Shown: piece after piece, positions 38,728 through 48,403 of the stretch
Layout: the number at the start of each line of letters is the position of its first letter
Numbering within the stretch: position 1 is the first letter of the stretch
Origin: Minisyncoccia bacterium
GTDB lineage: Bacteria; Patescibacteriota; Minisyncoccia; Phycocordibacterales; DATDWN01
Length of the DNA stretch: 64,000 nt
Reading direction: 5' to 3'
Assembly: GCA_049296855.1 (NCBI GenBank)
Contig: JBAQTF010000010.1
Coordinates: 22,094-86,093, forward strand
Notes under the pieces: generated by a model
Database searches by the model: none
Seen by the model: only the letters and a program-made list of their open reading frames with translations
Told to the model about the DNA's origin: nothing
Made by a program: the position numbers and the translations under genes

Positions 38728-39933
38728 ATGAAAAAATACCTTTTTGTTTCTCTTGTAATAATTTTAATAATCCCTTCAGTTACGTTTGCAGCTTGGTGGA
38801 ATCCATTTACTTGGTCAATCTTTCAAAGAGCTCCAAAAGTTGAGGTTCAAAAAACTGAACAAGTTTCCACAACTACGGCTCCTAAAGATAACTCTGAAAT
38901 TGACGCATTAAAACAAGAAATTGCTGACCTAAAAAATCAAGTCAATCAACCAAAGCCTGAGACAAAGAAAGTAACAACCACAACAAAACCTCCCGTAACA
39001 ACCAAAGTTGCAGAAACACCGAAAGTTACAGTAACTCCAACAGTATCAGTCTCTGTTTCAAAAAATCCTGCTTCTCAATGTCTTGCAACAAAAGACAGTT
39101 GGAATAGTTTTATTAAGATAAAAAATGATGTAGATACAAAGCTTTTAGCTCTTATATCTTCTTACAACAAATCTGCTTGGGGTACAGGAAATAAACCATC
39201 AGAAGTTATCGCTCAATTTTCGTATAACTATGAAAGGATGAACCCTGCAAAAACGAAGTTCTTTTCGGATGCAGATGCGATTGATAAAGTGATTGATACA
39301 ATTCCTCAACCTCCAGTTTCAAGCAATACAATTCTTGACCAAATTAAAAAGAATTTTAACAACAGCGTTGCGTCATATAGAAGTGCTTACGAACTGACTC
39401 TCAGTTCATTTAAAGTTATTGCAGATGATGATAATGGGTTATCAAAAGCAGAAATTGATACAACATTGTCACTTCTCAATGATGGTAGCGATAAGTTCAA
39501 AGAAGGATCATCAAACTGGAATCTTAATAATCCCTTCTTTGATACTAATGACTACCGAAGTCTTAAAAAAGCTCTTAACTCACAATACTCTTCAAATGGC
39601 TGTGCTTTCACATTCTTTTCTAATGACACCATAGAGACTACAATACCCGAGGAATACAATTTTACTCAGCAGATGCCAAAGTCTAATGCTAACTCTGATG
39701 GCTCTGCCACGGTCTCTATAGCGACAACTTTGCCCATTGAAACAGACGTTGGTGGAACAAACAAGACAGTTTTAAAACTAATATGTAATGGTGGAGAGTT
39801 ACCAGTTTCTCAAATTGATCCAAAAACTGTAGGTATACATATATCTAAAAATAACTACAACCTTGAATGTCATTTTACTTACACTGGGAATGGAAATACT
39901 TTATCAACCAGAATGCTATACTTTAATTACTAA
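38728..39933 (+). CDS. Secreted or surface protein with a signal peptide and a Thr/Pro/Val-rich linker
   Basis: MKKYLFVSLVIILIIPSVTFAAWW signal-like N-terminus, then a KKVTTTTKPPVTTKVAETPKVTVTPTVSVSVS tract. Confidence 0.55.
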   Translation: MKKYLFVSLVIILIIPSVTFAAWWNPFTWSIFQRAPKVEVQKTEQVSTTTAPKDNSEIDALKQEIADLKNQVNQPKPETKKVTTTTKPPVTTKVAETPKVTVTPTVSVSVSKNPASQCLATKDSWNSFIKIKNDVDTKLLALISSYNKSAWGTGNKPSEVIAQFSYNYERMNPAKTKFFSDADAIDKVIDTIPQPPVSSNTILDQIKKNFNNSVASYRSAYELTLSSFKVIADDDNGLSKAEIDTTLSLLNDGSDKFKEGSSNWNLNNPFFDTNDYRSLKKALNSQYSSNGCAFTFFSNDTIETTIPEEYNFTQQMPKSNANSDGSATVSIATTLPIETDVGGTNKTVLKLICNGGELPVSQIDPKTVGIHISKNNYNLECHFTYTGNGNTLSTRMLYFNY

Positions 39934-39936
39934 ACT

Positions 39937-40341
39937 ATGAAAGTATACAATATCACTAAAGGTCAGCTAATTACTTTGTGGATTTTTGGGGGAATAGGTA
40001 TGTTTTGGGCATTGGTTCAAGCTGATAGTTACTCTACAGAAGACAGAGGTATATTTTTCTTATGGTTCATACCTTTAGTTTTAATTTTTTACACTATTGG
40101 ATGGAAAAACTATAAGAAAAATAAACCAAGTAATTCATACGAGCATCTTTCTGAAGATGATCTGTATGAAGAAGTAAAAAACTTAGTAATAAAGGAACAA
40201 AAAGCTTCAACTTCTTTTATTCAGAGGAAACTGGGAATTGGTTATGCTAGAGCTGCTAGATTAATGGATGTTTTAGAAGAAAATGGGGTTATAGGAGAAG
40301 GCAGAGGTGCAGAGCCAAGAAATGTGATAATTAAGGAGTAA
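39937..40341 (+). CDS. Membrane-anchored protein with a C-terminal FtsK-gamma-like winged-helix domain
   Basis: Two N-terminal TM segments. C-terminus ASTSFIQRKLGIGYARAARLMDVLEENGVIGEGRGAEPR resembles FtsK gamma (...LQRRLRIGYNRAARLIE...). Confidence 0.55.
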   Translation: MKVYNITKGQLITLWIFGGIGMFWALVQADSYSTEDRGIFFLWFIPLVLIFYTIGWKNYKKNKPSNSYEHLSEDDLYEEVKNLVIKEQKASTSFIQRKLGIGYARAARLMDVLEENGVIGEGRGAEPRNVIIKE

Positions 40342-40403
40342 GTCCTGTTAGGGTCAAGTCATAGGTATCATTTTAATGATTCTGTATGATCTGAGGATGA
40401 AGT

Positions 40404-40441
40404 AAGGCTAGATTTTCTAATCTTGCCGTGCTTAACTTAAT
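40404..40441 (+). repeat. 38-bp direct repeat, left copy
   Basis: AAGGCTAGATTTTCTAATCTTGCCGTGCTTAACTTAAT. It has one mismatch to the copy at 43179-43216. Confidence 0.8.
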
Positions 40442-40450
40442 GCAATTACA

Positions 40451-40921
40451 ATGAAAGACCTCCTGCAACAATTACTCTGGAAAACATTGGGATATGGTGT
40501 TGTACCAACAATAATCCTATGGAATGGCGACCATAGCCCAAAGACTTGGTTAATAACACTTCTTATCGTATTGGTAGTAAGCTCTCTTACTACTTATTAT
40601 TCTCTCTTAGATAAGAAAGAGGAAAAATATAAAAAAGATATATTTGCTATTCAACAAAAAGCACAGGCTGAAGTTACTGAAGCAACAAAGCTAAAAGAAA
40701 GAGCTGTAGTAGAACAAGAAATCTGGAAACAAACAATGCTAGAAAGAAATGCGGGGTTTAAAACGCTCCTGTCATATATAAGTTATTTTGAAAAATTAAG
40801 AGATGAACCAATAACACATTATCTACATACCAAAAAACATCCAGCTCCGTCTGCTGGAGAAGTCGTGAAGGAACAAACGAAAAGGCGTAGAGAAGCAGAT
40901 TTTCTAAACAAGAGAACATAA
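40451..40921 (+). CDS. Hypothetical membrane protein with a coiled-coil region
   Basis: 156 aa; TM segments at the N-terminus. Confidence 0.45.
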   Translation: MKDLLQQLLWKTLGYGVVPTIILWNGDHSPKTWLITLLIVLVVSSLTTYYSLLDKKEEKYKKDIFAIQQKAQAEVTEATKLKERAVVEQEIWKQTMLERNAGFKTLLSYISYFEKLRDEPITHYLHTKKHPAPSAGEVVKEQTKRRREADFLNKRT

Positions 40922-40933
40922 GCTCTTATAGAA

Positions 40934-41677
40934 ATGTACGAACAGTACGCACCCTTTCTTGTTGATCTAAAGGATGATATCCCTGACGTTGATGATGTAA
41001 AAATATTTGAAGAATATAGTGAAGAAGAAAGACAAGATGAGGTTGTTAATTATTTAACTAAAGAAGAGTACAGAAAACTTCCATCTGTAGAGAGAAATCA
41101 ACTTGCTCTAGATAGATTTTGGGATAGACCAAAATCTAAATGGCTTATAGGTAAATTATATGAAAGATACGTAGGCTTTTTATACGAACAGAAGGGTTAT
41201 AAAGTAAAGTACTTTGGAATAGACGAGAGATACGAAGATATGGGTAGAGATTTGATTTGTCACAAAGGTGATGAGACATTGATTATTCAATGTAAAAATT
41301 GGGCTGAGTTTAGAACGATATATGAAAAACATATTTTTCAACTTTTTGGAACAATCTTTGAATATAAAGAGTCACATCCAAATGAAAAAGTGAAAGCCAT
41401 CTTTTGTACTACAACTCAACTTTCACCACTAGCAAGAAAGATCGCAACCACATTAGGGATTGAACTATATGAAAACTTCAAGTTTGATAAAAAATATCCT
41501 TGCATAAAATGTAATATAAGCACTCAAGGCGACCAAAAGATCTACCATCTACCTTTTGACCAAAAATATGACGAGACTAAGATTGATAGAAAAGGAGAGA
41601 TGTATTGCATCACAGTAAAAGAAGCTGAGGAGGCAGGATTCAGAAGAGCATTCAGATGGCAGGGAGAAAAAGTGTAA
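40934..41677 (+). CDS. Mrr-like restriction-endonuclease-fold (PD-(D/E)xK) protein
   Basis: ERYEDMGRDLICHKGDETLIIQCKNW matches the Mrr_cat pattern (G-x-D ... E/Q-x-K); C-terminal CxxC... Confidence 0.6.
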   Translation: MYEQYAPFLVDLKDDIPDVDDVKIFEEYSEEERQDEVVNYLTKEEYRKLPSVERNQLALDRFWDRPKSKWLIGKLYERYVGFLYEQKGYKVKYFGIDERYEDMGRDLICHKGDETLIIQCKNWAEFRTIYEKHIFQLFGTIFEYKESHPNEKVKAIFCTTTQLSPLARKIATTLGIELYENFKFDKKYPCIKCNISTQGDQKIYHLPFDQKYDETKIDRKGEMYCITVKEAEEAGFRRAFRWQGEKV

Positions 41678-41695
41678 TATTAAAAGTATTATTAA

Positions 41696-42901
41696 TTAAT
41701 AGAGCCATTCTAATTTTATTCTCCAATCGTGCCTATTTACTAAATTTATATCATTAGTAATTCCAGTTGAACGAGGATCAGCCATCATAAGGCTAATGCT
41801 GAATGTTTCCTTGATATTATTTGCATCACCCTTCCAAAGAACTTTGCTTATAAACTTTCTAGTCAAAGATTGTAGTTTATAAAGATTTTTCGTTATTAAT
41901 TCAATTTCCTCTTTTTCTAATGGAGTAAATCTGCCGTGAGCTATATTACTTCTCAAATCGTATAAGACATATTCTTTTCCACTCTTTCCTTTAATCTTTT
42001 TCTTAAAAGCCTTAAATGCATTGCTTTCTTTACCAAGAACAGCTTCTAAAACCTTTTTAGTCTTACTGTAATTACCTATTTCCTTATGGAATAGCTTTCC
42101 TAAAATCTTATTGAAAAAGTCTTTAACGAACTTCTTTTCTGCTTTCTGAAAACCATAATCTTTACTAGCTTCCATCTCACCATCGTGCAAATTCAAGGCT
42201 AGTTTTTCTAATGCGAAGTAATAACTCAAGAAACTTAAAAGAGGATTCTCATTAGATAGTCTATTTCCTTCTTGATACCAACTAATAACATTATCAAGTA
42301 AAACGCTGTCGTCTCCTTGAAATTTACGTACGTAGTCTTCAGCGATTCTAGTATCTTCGTCTGTTAAATTAATCATTCCACCACCCCCTCTACTACTATG
42401 CGGATATTTAAGAAACCAATCATATTTGGCATTAATTCCGTACGCTAATCTGTAAAGAAAGATGTTGATTAGATCCAGTCCTTCCTCTATTGCTTTAATG
42501 GTAATTTCTGGAATTTCTAAAGAACAATCATATACTTGCAAGTTTGCTTCAGTATTATTCTCTAAATTAACAACTTCAATCTTTCTCATATGTAGGTGAC
42601 CTATATCGTGGCTGACTCCACTGTCAGAGTAAGTTGTAGAGAAATTGCCTTTAACTATAAACTCTATAACAGGAAATCCTGTAGCTAACATATATTTTAA
42701 ACAACCTGTTATTCTATGATCTGTATCTTCGGTTACCATAGATCTTACTTTTTTATCTAATGCATCTATATCACCTAAATATAAAAGAGGTCTCCATTCT
42801 CCATATGGATTATATCGGGCAGGTATTGGTCTCGGATAAACAGGTAAGTCTTTGGTTTCTTCCATAACATCAATACTGTACCTATTTGGGTTTTCCATCA
42901 A
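41696..42901 (-). CDS. Hypothetical 401-aa protein with an R-x4-H HEPN-like motif
   Basis: ...EYVLYDLRSNIAHGRFTPLEKEE... carries R-x4-H. The same local motif ([IL]R[NS]xIAH[EG]) occurs in the protein at 17173..18582. Convergent with the Mrr-like gene. Confidence 0.5.
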   Translation of the reverse strand: MMENPNRYSIDVMEETKDLPVYPRPIPARYNPYGEWRPLLYLGDIDALDKKVRSMVTEDTDHRITGCLKYMLATGFPVIEFIVKGNFSTTYSDSGVSHDIGHLHMRKIEVVNLENNTEANLQVYDCSLEIPEITIKAIEEGLDLINIFLYRLAYGINAKYDWFLKYPHSSRGGGGMINLTDEDTRIAEDYVRKFQGDDSVLLDNVISWYQEGNRLSNENPLLSFLSYYFALEKLALNLHDGEMEASKDYGFQKAEKKFVKDFFNKILGKLFHKEIGNYSKTKKVLEAVLGKESNAFKAFKKKIKGKSGKEYVLYDLRSNIAHGRFTPLEKEEIELITKNLYKLQSLTRKFISKVLWKGDANNIKETFSISLMMADPRSTGITNDINLVNRHDWRIKLEWLY

Positions 42902-43163
42902 CTCTTTCCCAGATATAAGCCATAACTTTCACATTTCCATCTACAATTGCCTTTCTAAGCAACTGTTCAACATAGAACCTTCTATCAATAGAAGCACTGA
43001 CCTCTGGATTTTTTACTCTATTTAGAGCCCTTATCAATTTAGTATTAAAATTTATTGATCCAGAAACTTTTCCTCCTAGTTTTCTGTGTCCAATAAGAAA
43101 GCGACCCCTTGAATCTCTTTCCACTAAATCTCCACTATTTCTTGTGGTTGACTCTATTTGCAT
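42882..43163 (-). CDS. Small hypothetical protein, possibly DNA-binding
   Basis: 93 aa, basic; no firm motif. Confidence 0.35.
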   Translation of the reverse strand: MQIESTTRNSGDLVERDSRGRFLIGHRKLGGKVSGSINFNTKLIRALNRVKNPEVSASIDRRFYVEQLLRKAIVDGNVKVMAYIWERVDGKPK

Positions 43164-43178
43164 ACGGATTATCTTAAA

Positions 43179-43216
43179 AAGGCTAGATTTTCTAATCTTG
43201 CTGTGCTTAACTTAAT
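43179..43216 (+). repeat. 38-bp direct repeat, right copy
   Basis: AAGGCTAGATTTTCTAATCTTGCTGTGCTTAACTTAAT. Confidence 0.8.
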
Positions 43217-43314
43217 CAACGGATATATGCTATATATTTCGGAAAAGAGGTTATAACCCCCGCAATTTTTGAAAATCCGAATTCCCGCTAAAGAAAAACT
43301 TAAAATCAAAAATT

Positions 43315-43782
43315 ATGGCCACATACAAACACACTCAAATTGGTTACCTGATGCTGGTTATTACACTGACCGTGCTGATGCTTTTCGCATGGGTTTATAT
43401 TATGGCCTCAGCCGAGCCTCCTTCGGTCGACTCTGGCCCAAATTTTGCCATTACTGCCATAATGGTATTAATTCTGTTTATTCTTACATCGTTTACCACG
43501 CTGACAACGTCGATTGATGAAAACTATCTTCGGATCAAATTTGGCTATGGAATTTTTGCCAGGAAGTTTGCACTTAATCAGATAGCGAGAGTTCAATCAG
43601 TAAAGAATCACTGGTACTACGGATGGGGAGTGAAAGTCTGGTTCTGGCCGTATATGTGGATTTACAATATTTCCGGTTTTGATGCAGTTGAAATAATTAT
43701 GAGAAACGGAAAAATTTATAGAATAGGGACAGATACCCCCGGCGAACTAGAAACTGCAATCAAGCAAGCTATAAATACCTAA
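43315..43782 (+). CDS. Two-TM membrane protein with a C-terminal beta-rich (PH-like) domain
   Basis: 155 aa. TM segments at the N-terminus. Confidence 0.45.
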   Translation: MATYKHTQIGYLMLVITLTVLMLFAWVYIMASAEPPSVDSGPNFAITAIMVLILFILTSFTTLTTSIDENYLRIKFGYGIFARKFALNQIARVQSVKNHWYYGWGVKVWFWPYMWIYNISGFDAVEIIMRNGKIYRIGTDTPGELETAIKQAINT

Positions 43783-43882
43783 TTGGTAAGTGGAAGAGGT
43801 CCCTGTTTATACCCCTTGTAGCCAAAATCCCCCTCTATGCTATACTGTAGGGAGCATTAATAAATAATAAACAAAAATATAT

Positions 43883-44137
43883 ATGCCAAAAGCGAACTCT
43901 GCGTTTATGAAACCAATGACTATAAGTAGCGAATTAGCTGTTGTTGTTGGAAAAGGACCAATGCCTCGATCTGAAGTTGTTAAAAAACTCTGGGTATACA
44001 TAAAAGGTAAAAATCTCCAGGACCCAAAGAACAAACGAAACATCAATGCTGATGAAGCTCTGAAAAAAGTTTTTGGTGGAAAAGGAACTGTAAACATGTT
44101 TGAAATGACTAAGCTCGTTTCAAAACACCTCTCATAA
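43883..44137 (+). CDS. SWIB/MDM2-domain protein
   Basis: 84 aa. SSELAVVVGKGPMPRSEVVKKLWVYIKGKNLQDPKNKRNINADEALKKVFG matches the SWIB fold consensus. Confidence 0.7.
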   Translation: MPKANSAFMKPMTISSELAVVVGKGPMPRSEVVKKLWVYIKGKNLQDPKNKRNINADEALKKVFGGKGTVNMFEMTKLVSKHLS

Positions 44138-44272
44138 AAATCTTCCAAATCTAGTTCATTTCTTGGTTATACAAAACAAAAAGAAATGGCGACCAAAAGT
44201 CGCTATTTCTTTTTGTTTTGGAGATATCTGTAATATAATGGGTCATCTAACTGTAAAGAAAGGTAAATCACC

Positions 44273-45430
44273 ATGGATTACTTCAAACAATCAGTACTAC
44301 TTCACAAGAAACTCAAGGGGAAACTCGGTGTTCATTCAAAATCTCCCATCAAAAATAAGACTGATTTGTCTTTAGTTTACACACCTGGAGTTGCGGAGGT
44401 TTCAAGAGAGATAGCAAAAAACAAAAAGTTGGCTTACGACTACACTTTGAAATCAAATTCAGTTGCAGTTATATCTGACGGCTCAGCTGTTTTAGGACTT
44501 GGAAATATTGGCCCCTACGCCGCACTGCCTGTTATGGAGGGCAAAGCGCTTCTGTTTAAAGAATTTGCAAACATTGACGCCTACCCTATTTGCCTAGATA
44601 CACAGGATGTCGAGGAAATAATAAAAACGATAAAAATAATTTCCATTGGCTTTGGAGGAGTAAACCTCGAAGATATCTCTGCTCCCAGGTGCTTTGAGAT
44701 AGAAGAAAGGCTGAAGAAAGAGCTGAATATCCCTGTAATGCATGATGATCAACACGGCACCGCTATAGTTGTTCTATCTGCACTCATAAACTCACTTAAG
44801 GTAGTTAGAAAAAAGAAAGAAAAAGTAAAAATAATAATAAACGGGGCTGGTTCGGCGGCAATAGCAACAGCAAATTTACTTATGGAATATGGAATTCCTG
44901 GAATAAATATAATAATGCTCGATAGTAAAGGCACGATTCATACTGGAAGAGCCGACCTGAATAAATACAAAAGCATGATAGCAAAAAAGACAAACTCAAA
45001 ACAAGTAGATGGCGGATTGGGAGTTGCTTTAATTGATGCTGATGTTTTTATAGGAGTATCAACTGCAAATGTTTTGAAAAAAGAATGGATAAATCTAATG
45101 TCAGACGACCCAATAGTGTTTGCAATGGCCAATCCAAATCCAGAAATAAGCTTGGAAGAAGCTAAAAAGACAAAAATAAAAGTTTTTGGCACAGGAAGAA
45201 GTGACTACCCAAACCAGATAAACAATGTTTTGGTCTTTCCAGGTATTTTCCGAGGAGCATTAGACGCTAGAGCAAAATCCATAACAGAAAAAATGAAGCT
45301 AGCCTCCGCCGTAGCTATAGCAAACCTAGTTTCAAAAAGAGAATTGTCACAAAACTGCATCATTCCAAACCCTTTTGATAAACGTGTAGTTATCGCCGTA
45401 GCAAAAGCCGTCAAATCCTCCACAAAATAA
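44273..45430 (+). CDS. NAD(P)-dependent malic enzyme (short bacterial form)
   Basis: 385 aa. SLVYTPGVAEVSREIAKN..., Rossmann motif GAGSAAIATANLL. Confidence 0.85.
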   Translation: MDYFKQSVLLHKKLKGKLGVHSKSPIKNKTDLSLVYTPGVAEVSREIAKNKKLAYDYTLKSNSVAVISDGSAVLGLGNIGPYAALPVMEGKALLFKEFANIDAYPICLDTQDVEEIIKTIKIISIGFGGVNLEDISAPRCFEIEERLKKELNIPVMHDDQHGTAIVVLSALINSLKVVRKKKEKVKIIINGAGSAAIATANLLMEYGIPGINIIMLDSKGTIHTGRADLNKYKSMIAKKTNSKQVDGGLGVALIDADVFIGVSTANVLKKEWINLMSDDPIVFAMANPNPEISLEEAKKTKIKVFGTGRSDYPNQINNVLVFPGIFRGALDARAKSITEKMKLASAVAIANLVSKRELSQNCIIPNPFDKRVVIAVAKAVKSSTK

Positions 45431-45610
45431 TACCCCCAACTCCTCTTCAAGGTCGAACCTTGAAGTAACGTGTATGTGTATATTATATATTGATCAAGGC
45501 GAGAGGAGAAATTTAGAACCTAACTTCTTACAGAAGACAAATCTTGTAAAGAAAAGCACCTTATAGTAGAGTGGTGCCCATCGGAAAAAGTCTGACTAAC
45601 TGATTTTCTT

Positions 45611-46855
45611 ATGGAAAAAATTGAGGGGAAACAAGACAAACGGCTAGATAAAATTGAACAAGAACTCAAAAAAGGAACTGATCTTTCAATCATTAGTTTA
45701 ATTAACTATATAGTAGAAAAAGCTCATCAAAGTGGTGTCTCTGACATCCACATCGATCCAGGAAATAAAAAAGTTCGTGTTAGATTTAGAATAGATGGAG
45801 TTTTACAAGAAATGTACATTTTTCCAAAAGAAATTCACGGGGAAGTTATTTCTCGTATAAAAGTTCTAGCAAAACTTCGTACTGACGAACACCAAGCAAC
45901 TCAAGACGGACGTTTTAGACATTTGTTTCCTGACACAAATGAATTCGTCGACATACGTGTTTCCATAGTTCCAACATATCACGGCGAAAATACTGTTATG
46001 CGACTACTTTCTGACAAAGCAGCAAACTACAGTCTGGAGAACCTCGGTTTTAGTGAAAGTGATAGAAACAAAATTTTAGAAGCAATAAAAAAATCTAGTG
46101 GAATGATCCTCGCTACTGGTCCAACAGGCTCTGGAAAAACAACTACATTGTATACACTGATAAAAATGTTAAACCGTCCAGAAGTATCAATTATTACCAT
46201 CGAAGACCCTATTGAGTACGCCATTGATAATATTGAGCAAATACAGGTAAACGCTAAGGCTGGACTGACTTTTGCGAACGGTCTTCGCTCAATTCTTCGC
46301 CAAGATCCAAATATCATCATGGTCGGCGAGATTCGCGACTCTGAAACAGCTAGTATTGCCGTGAATACTGCTTTGACTGGACATTTACTCCTCTCAACTC
46401 TCCATACCAGTGACGCTGCAACTACCCTACCTCGTCTATTAGATATGGGAATAGAGGAATATCTCGTTGCATCTACAGTTAGTATCGCGATAGGTCAAAG
46501 ACTCGTTCGAAAAATATGTACAAAATGTAAAGTGAAAATGGAGACGACTCCCATGTTAAAAGAATCTATATCTAAAATGCCTTTTGGTTCTCTAGTTCGA
46601 GATGACCATGTTTTCTACAGAGGAAAAGGTTGTGAAAAATGCAACGACAGTGGTTATCTAGGCAGAATCTGTATAAACGAAGTTTTGGTTGCAGATGAAG
46701 TAATTCGTGAAGCAATTCTGCAAAAGAAATCATCAAATGATATTCGTAACATAGCTATAGGTCATGGAATGACAACAATGTTGCAGGATGGTTTTCTAAA
46801 ATGTCTATCGGGGGAGACGACAATCGAAGAAATTCTACGAGTAATCCAAAACTAA
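45611..46855 (+). CDS. GspE/PilB-family secretion ATPase, second copy, without an N-terminal GSPII_E_N domain
   Basis: GPTGSGKTTTLYTLIKML, His box STLHTSDAATT, C-terminal tetracysteine CTKC...CEKC. Confidence 0.85.
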   Translation: MEKIEGKQDKRLDKIEQELKKGTDLSIISLINYIVEKAHQSGVSDIHIDPGNKKVRVRFRIDGVLQEMYIFPKEIHGEVISRIKVLAKLRTDEHQATQDGRFRHLFPDTNEFVDIRVSIVPTYHGENTVMRLLSDKAANYSLENLGFSESDRNKILEAIKKSSGMILATGPTGSGKTTTLYTLIKMLNRPEVSIITIEDPIEYAIDNIEQIQVNAKAGLTFANGLRSILRQDPNIIMVGEIRDSETASIAVNTALTGHLLLSTLHTSDAATTLPRLLDMGIEEYLVASTVSIAIGQRLVRKICTKCKVKMETTPMLKESISKMPFGSLVRDDHVFYRGKGCEKCNDSGYLGRICINEVLVADEVIREAILQKKSSNDIRNIAIGHGMTTMLQDGFLKCLSGETTIEEILRVIQN

Positions 46856-46868
46856 TAAAGACACAAAA

Positions 46869-47972
46869 ATGAAAAAAAACAAACCTCAAAGTCTACTTAC
46901 TAAAATAAGTAAAATATCTGTCAACAGAATGTCTGGAAAAGACCTGGTATTTTTTATAAAAAGATTATCTTTCCTTATAAAAGCTGGTATACCAGTACTA
47001 GATAGTCTGCAAATGATACGAGAGCAGACACGAGGAAAAGTCTATGGACGTATGCTTGATACGGTCATAGATGATGTTTCCAATGGACAATACCTTTCAA
47101 CGAGTCTTTCCAGATACAAGAACATGTTCGGTGAATTTTCTATAAACATAATCGGTTTCGGTGAATCGACTGGAATACTGTCTGACAACTTGGAATATCT
47201 TGCCGATGAATTGAAAAAAAGACAAACTCTCCGCAAAAAAGTCATTGGGGCTTTTATTTATCCAGCTATTGTAACACTAGCAACTTTTGGTATCACCGCA
47301 TTCCTCATGATCTATCTTTTTCCAAAAATACTTCCAGTCTTTTCTAGCATCCACATGGAGTTACCGCTTTCAACACGAATTGTCATGTTTCTTTCAAATT
47401 CTATTATAAATTATGGTCTCATAGGTCTAGGCATTATTTTTATATTTGTAATAACTTTTGTCGTCACTTTAAAACGTAGTAAAAAATTCCATTTTTACTT
47501 TGACAAATTTCTACTAAAAACACCTATTCTAGGAACGACTCTTCAATACTACAACCTAGCAAACTGCACTCGTACAATGGGCCTACTTCTAAAAAGTGGT
47601 ATCACCATAAGCGATGCTCTACCGATAGTAGTAAAAACAACCGTTAACCTTGTTTATAAAAAAGAATTCGACAATCTTTCTCGTATTGTAAGTAAGGGGG
47701 AAAAAATGTCTAACTATCTAAAAAGCAGACGAACAATATTCCCCGACGTCATTAGTCAGATTATTTCCGTTGGAGAACGGAGCGGTAACCTAGAAAACTC
47801 GTTGGTTTATCTTTCGGAAATGTACGAGGCTGAAGTCGATGATTTCACAAAAAATCTATCTGGATTGATTGAGCCAATACTTATGATTTTCATGGGTATA
47901 TTGGTCGGCTTTATAGCAATTTCTATTATCACACCGATTTATGGAATTACCCAACATCTACAACCTAAATAA
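46869..47972 (+). CDS. GspF/PilC-family platform protein, second copy
   Basis: 367 aa with duplicated GspF domains and 3 TM segments. Confidence 0.85.
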   Translation: MKKNKPQSLLTKISKISVNRMSGKDLVFFIKRLSFLIKAGIPVLDSLQMIREQTRGKVYGRMLDTVIDDVSNGQYLSTSLSRYKNMFGEFSINIIGFGESTGILSDNLEYLADELKKRQTLRKKVIGAFIYPAIVTLATFGITAFLMIYLFPKILPVFSSIHMELPLSTRIVMFLSNSIINYGLIGLGIIFIFVITFVVTLKRSKKFHFYFDKFLLKTPILGTTLQYYNLANCTRTMGLLLKSGITISDALPIVVKTTVNLVYKKEFDNLSRIVSKGEKMSNYLKSRRTIFPDVISQIISVGERSGNLENSLVYLSEMYEAEVDDFTKNLSGLIEPILMIFMGILVGFIAISIITPIYGITQHLQPK

Positions 47973-48402
47973 AGGTATCACTTTGATCGAAGTGATAATC
48001 GTTATAGCTATAATTGGGCTAATAATTAGTCTCGGAACGGTCGTTAGTTTTGGTTCTTATCAAAAATACTACTTCCGTTCAGAAAACACTATTTTAGTTT
48101 CGATATTGATGAGAGCTCGAAGCCGAGCGATGAGCAATTCATATGAAAGCCCACACGGAGTATGTTATGTATCTCCAAATTATATTATTTTCCGTGGGAC
48201 AATATGCAATAGTGTGCTTGGAACAAATGAATTAATTCCTGCAAATACTGAAATAGCAAACTTGTCTAACTTTTCTGGAACTTTTCCAACTGTTGTTTTC
48301 ACCCAACTTTCTGGTATCACAACCACAGCAACAATCCACATCACAGATGGTATTTCAACTCAAGACATTACAATAAACAACGAGGGTGTAATAGATTGGT
48401 AA
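47941..48402 (+). CDS. Pseudopilin
   Basis: NKGITLIEVIIVIAIIGLIISLG prepilin-like N-terminus. Confidence 0.6.
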   Translation: MELPNIYNLNKGITLIEVIIVIAIIGLIISLGTVVSFGSYQKYYFRSENTILVSILMRARSRAMSNSYESPHGVCYVSPNYIIFRGTICNSVLGTNELIPANTEIANLSNFSGTFPTVVFTQLSGITTTATIHITDGISTQDITINNEGVIDW

Positions 48403-48403
48403 A

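Larger units (their letters stand above)
35898..43216. mobile_element. Putative integrated element inserted at tRNA-Ser(GCU). The right boundary is uncertain; it is placed at the second 38-bp direct repeat.
   Basis: A serine recombinase abuts and overlaps the tRNA 3' end. The cargo consists of hypothetical, membrane and nuclease genes with few housekeeping functions. An internal cassette is flanked by direct repeats. Confidence 0.45.
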
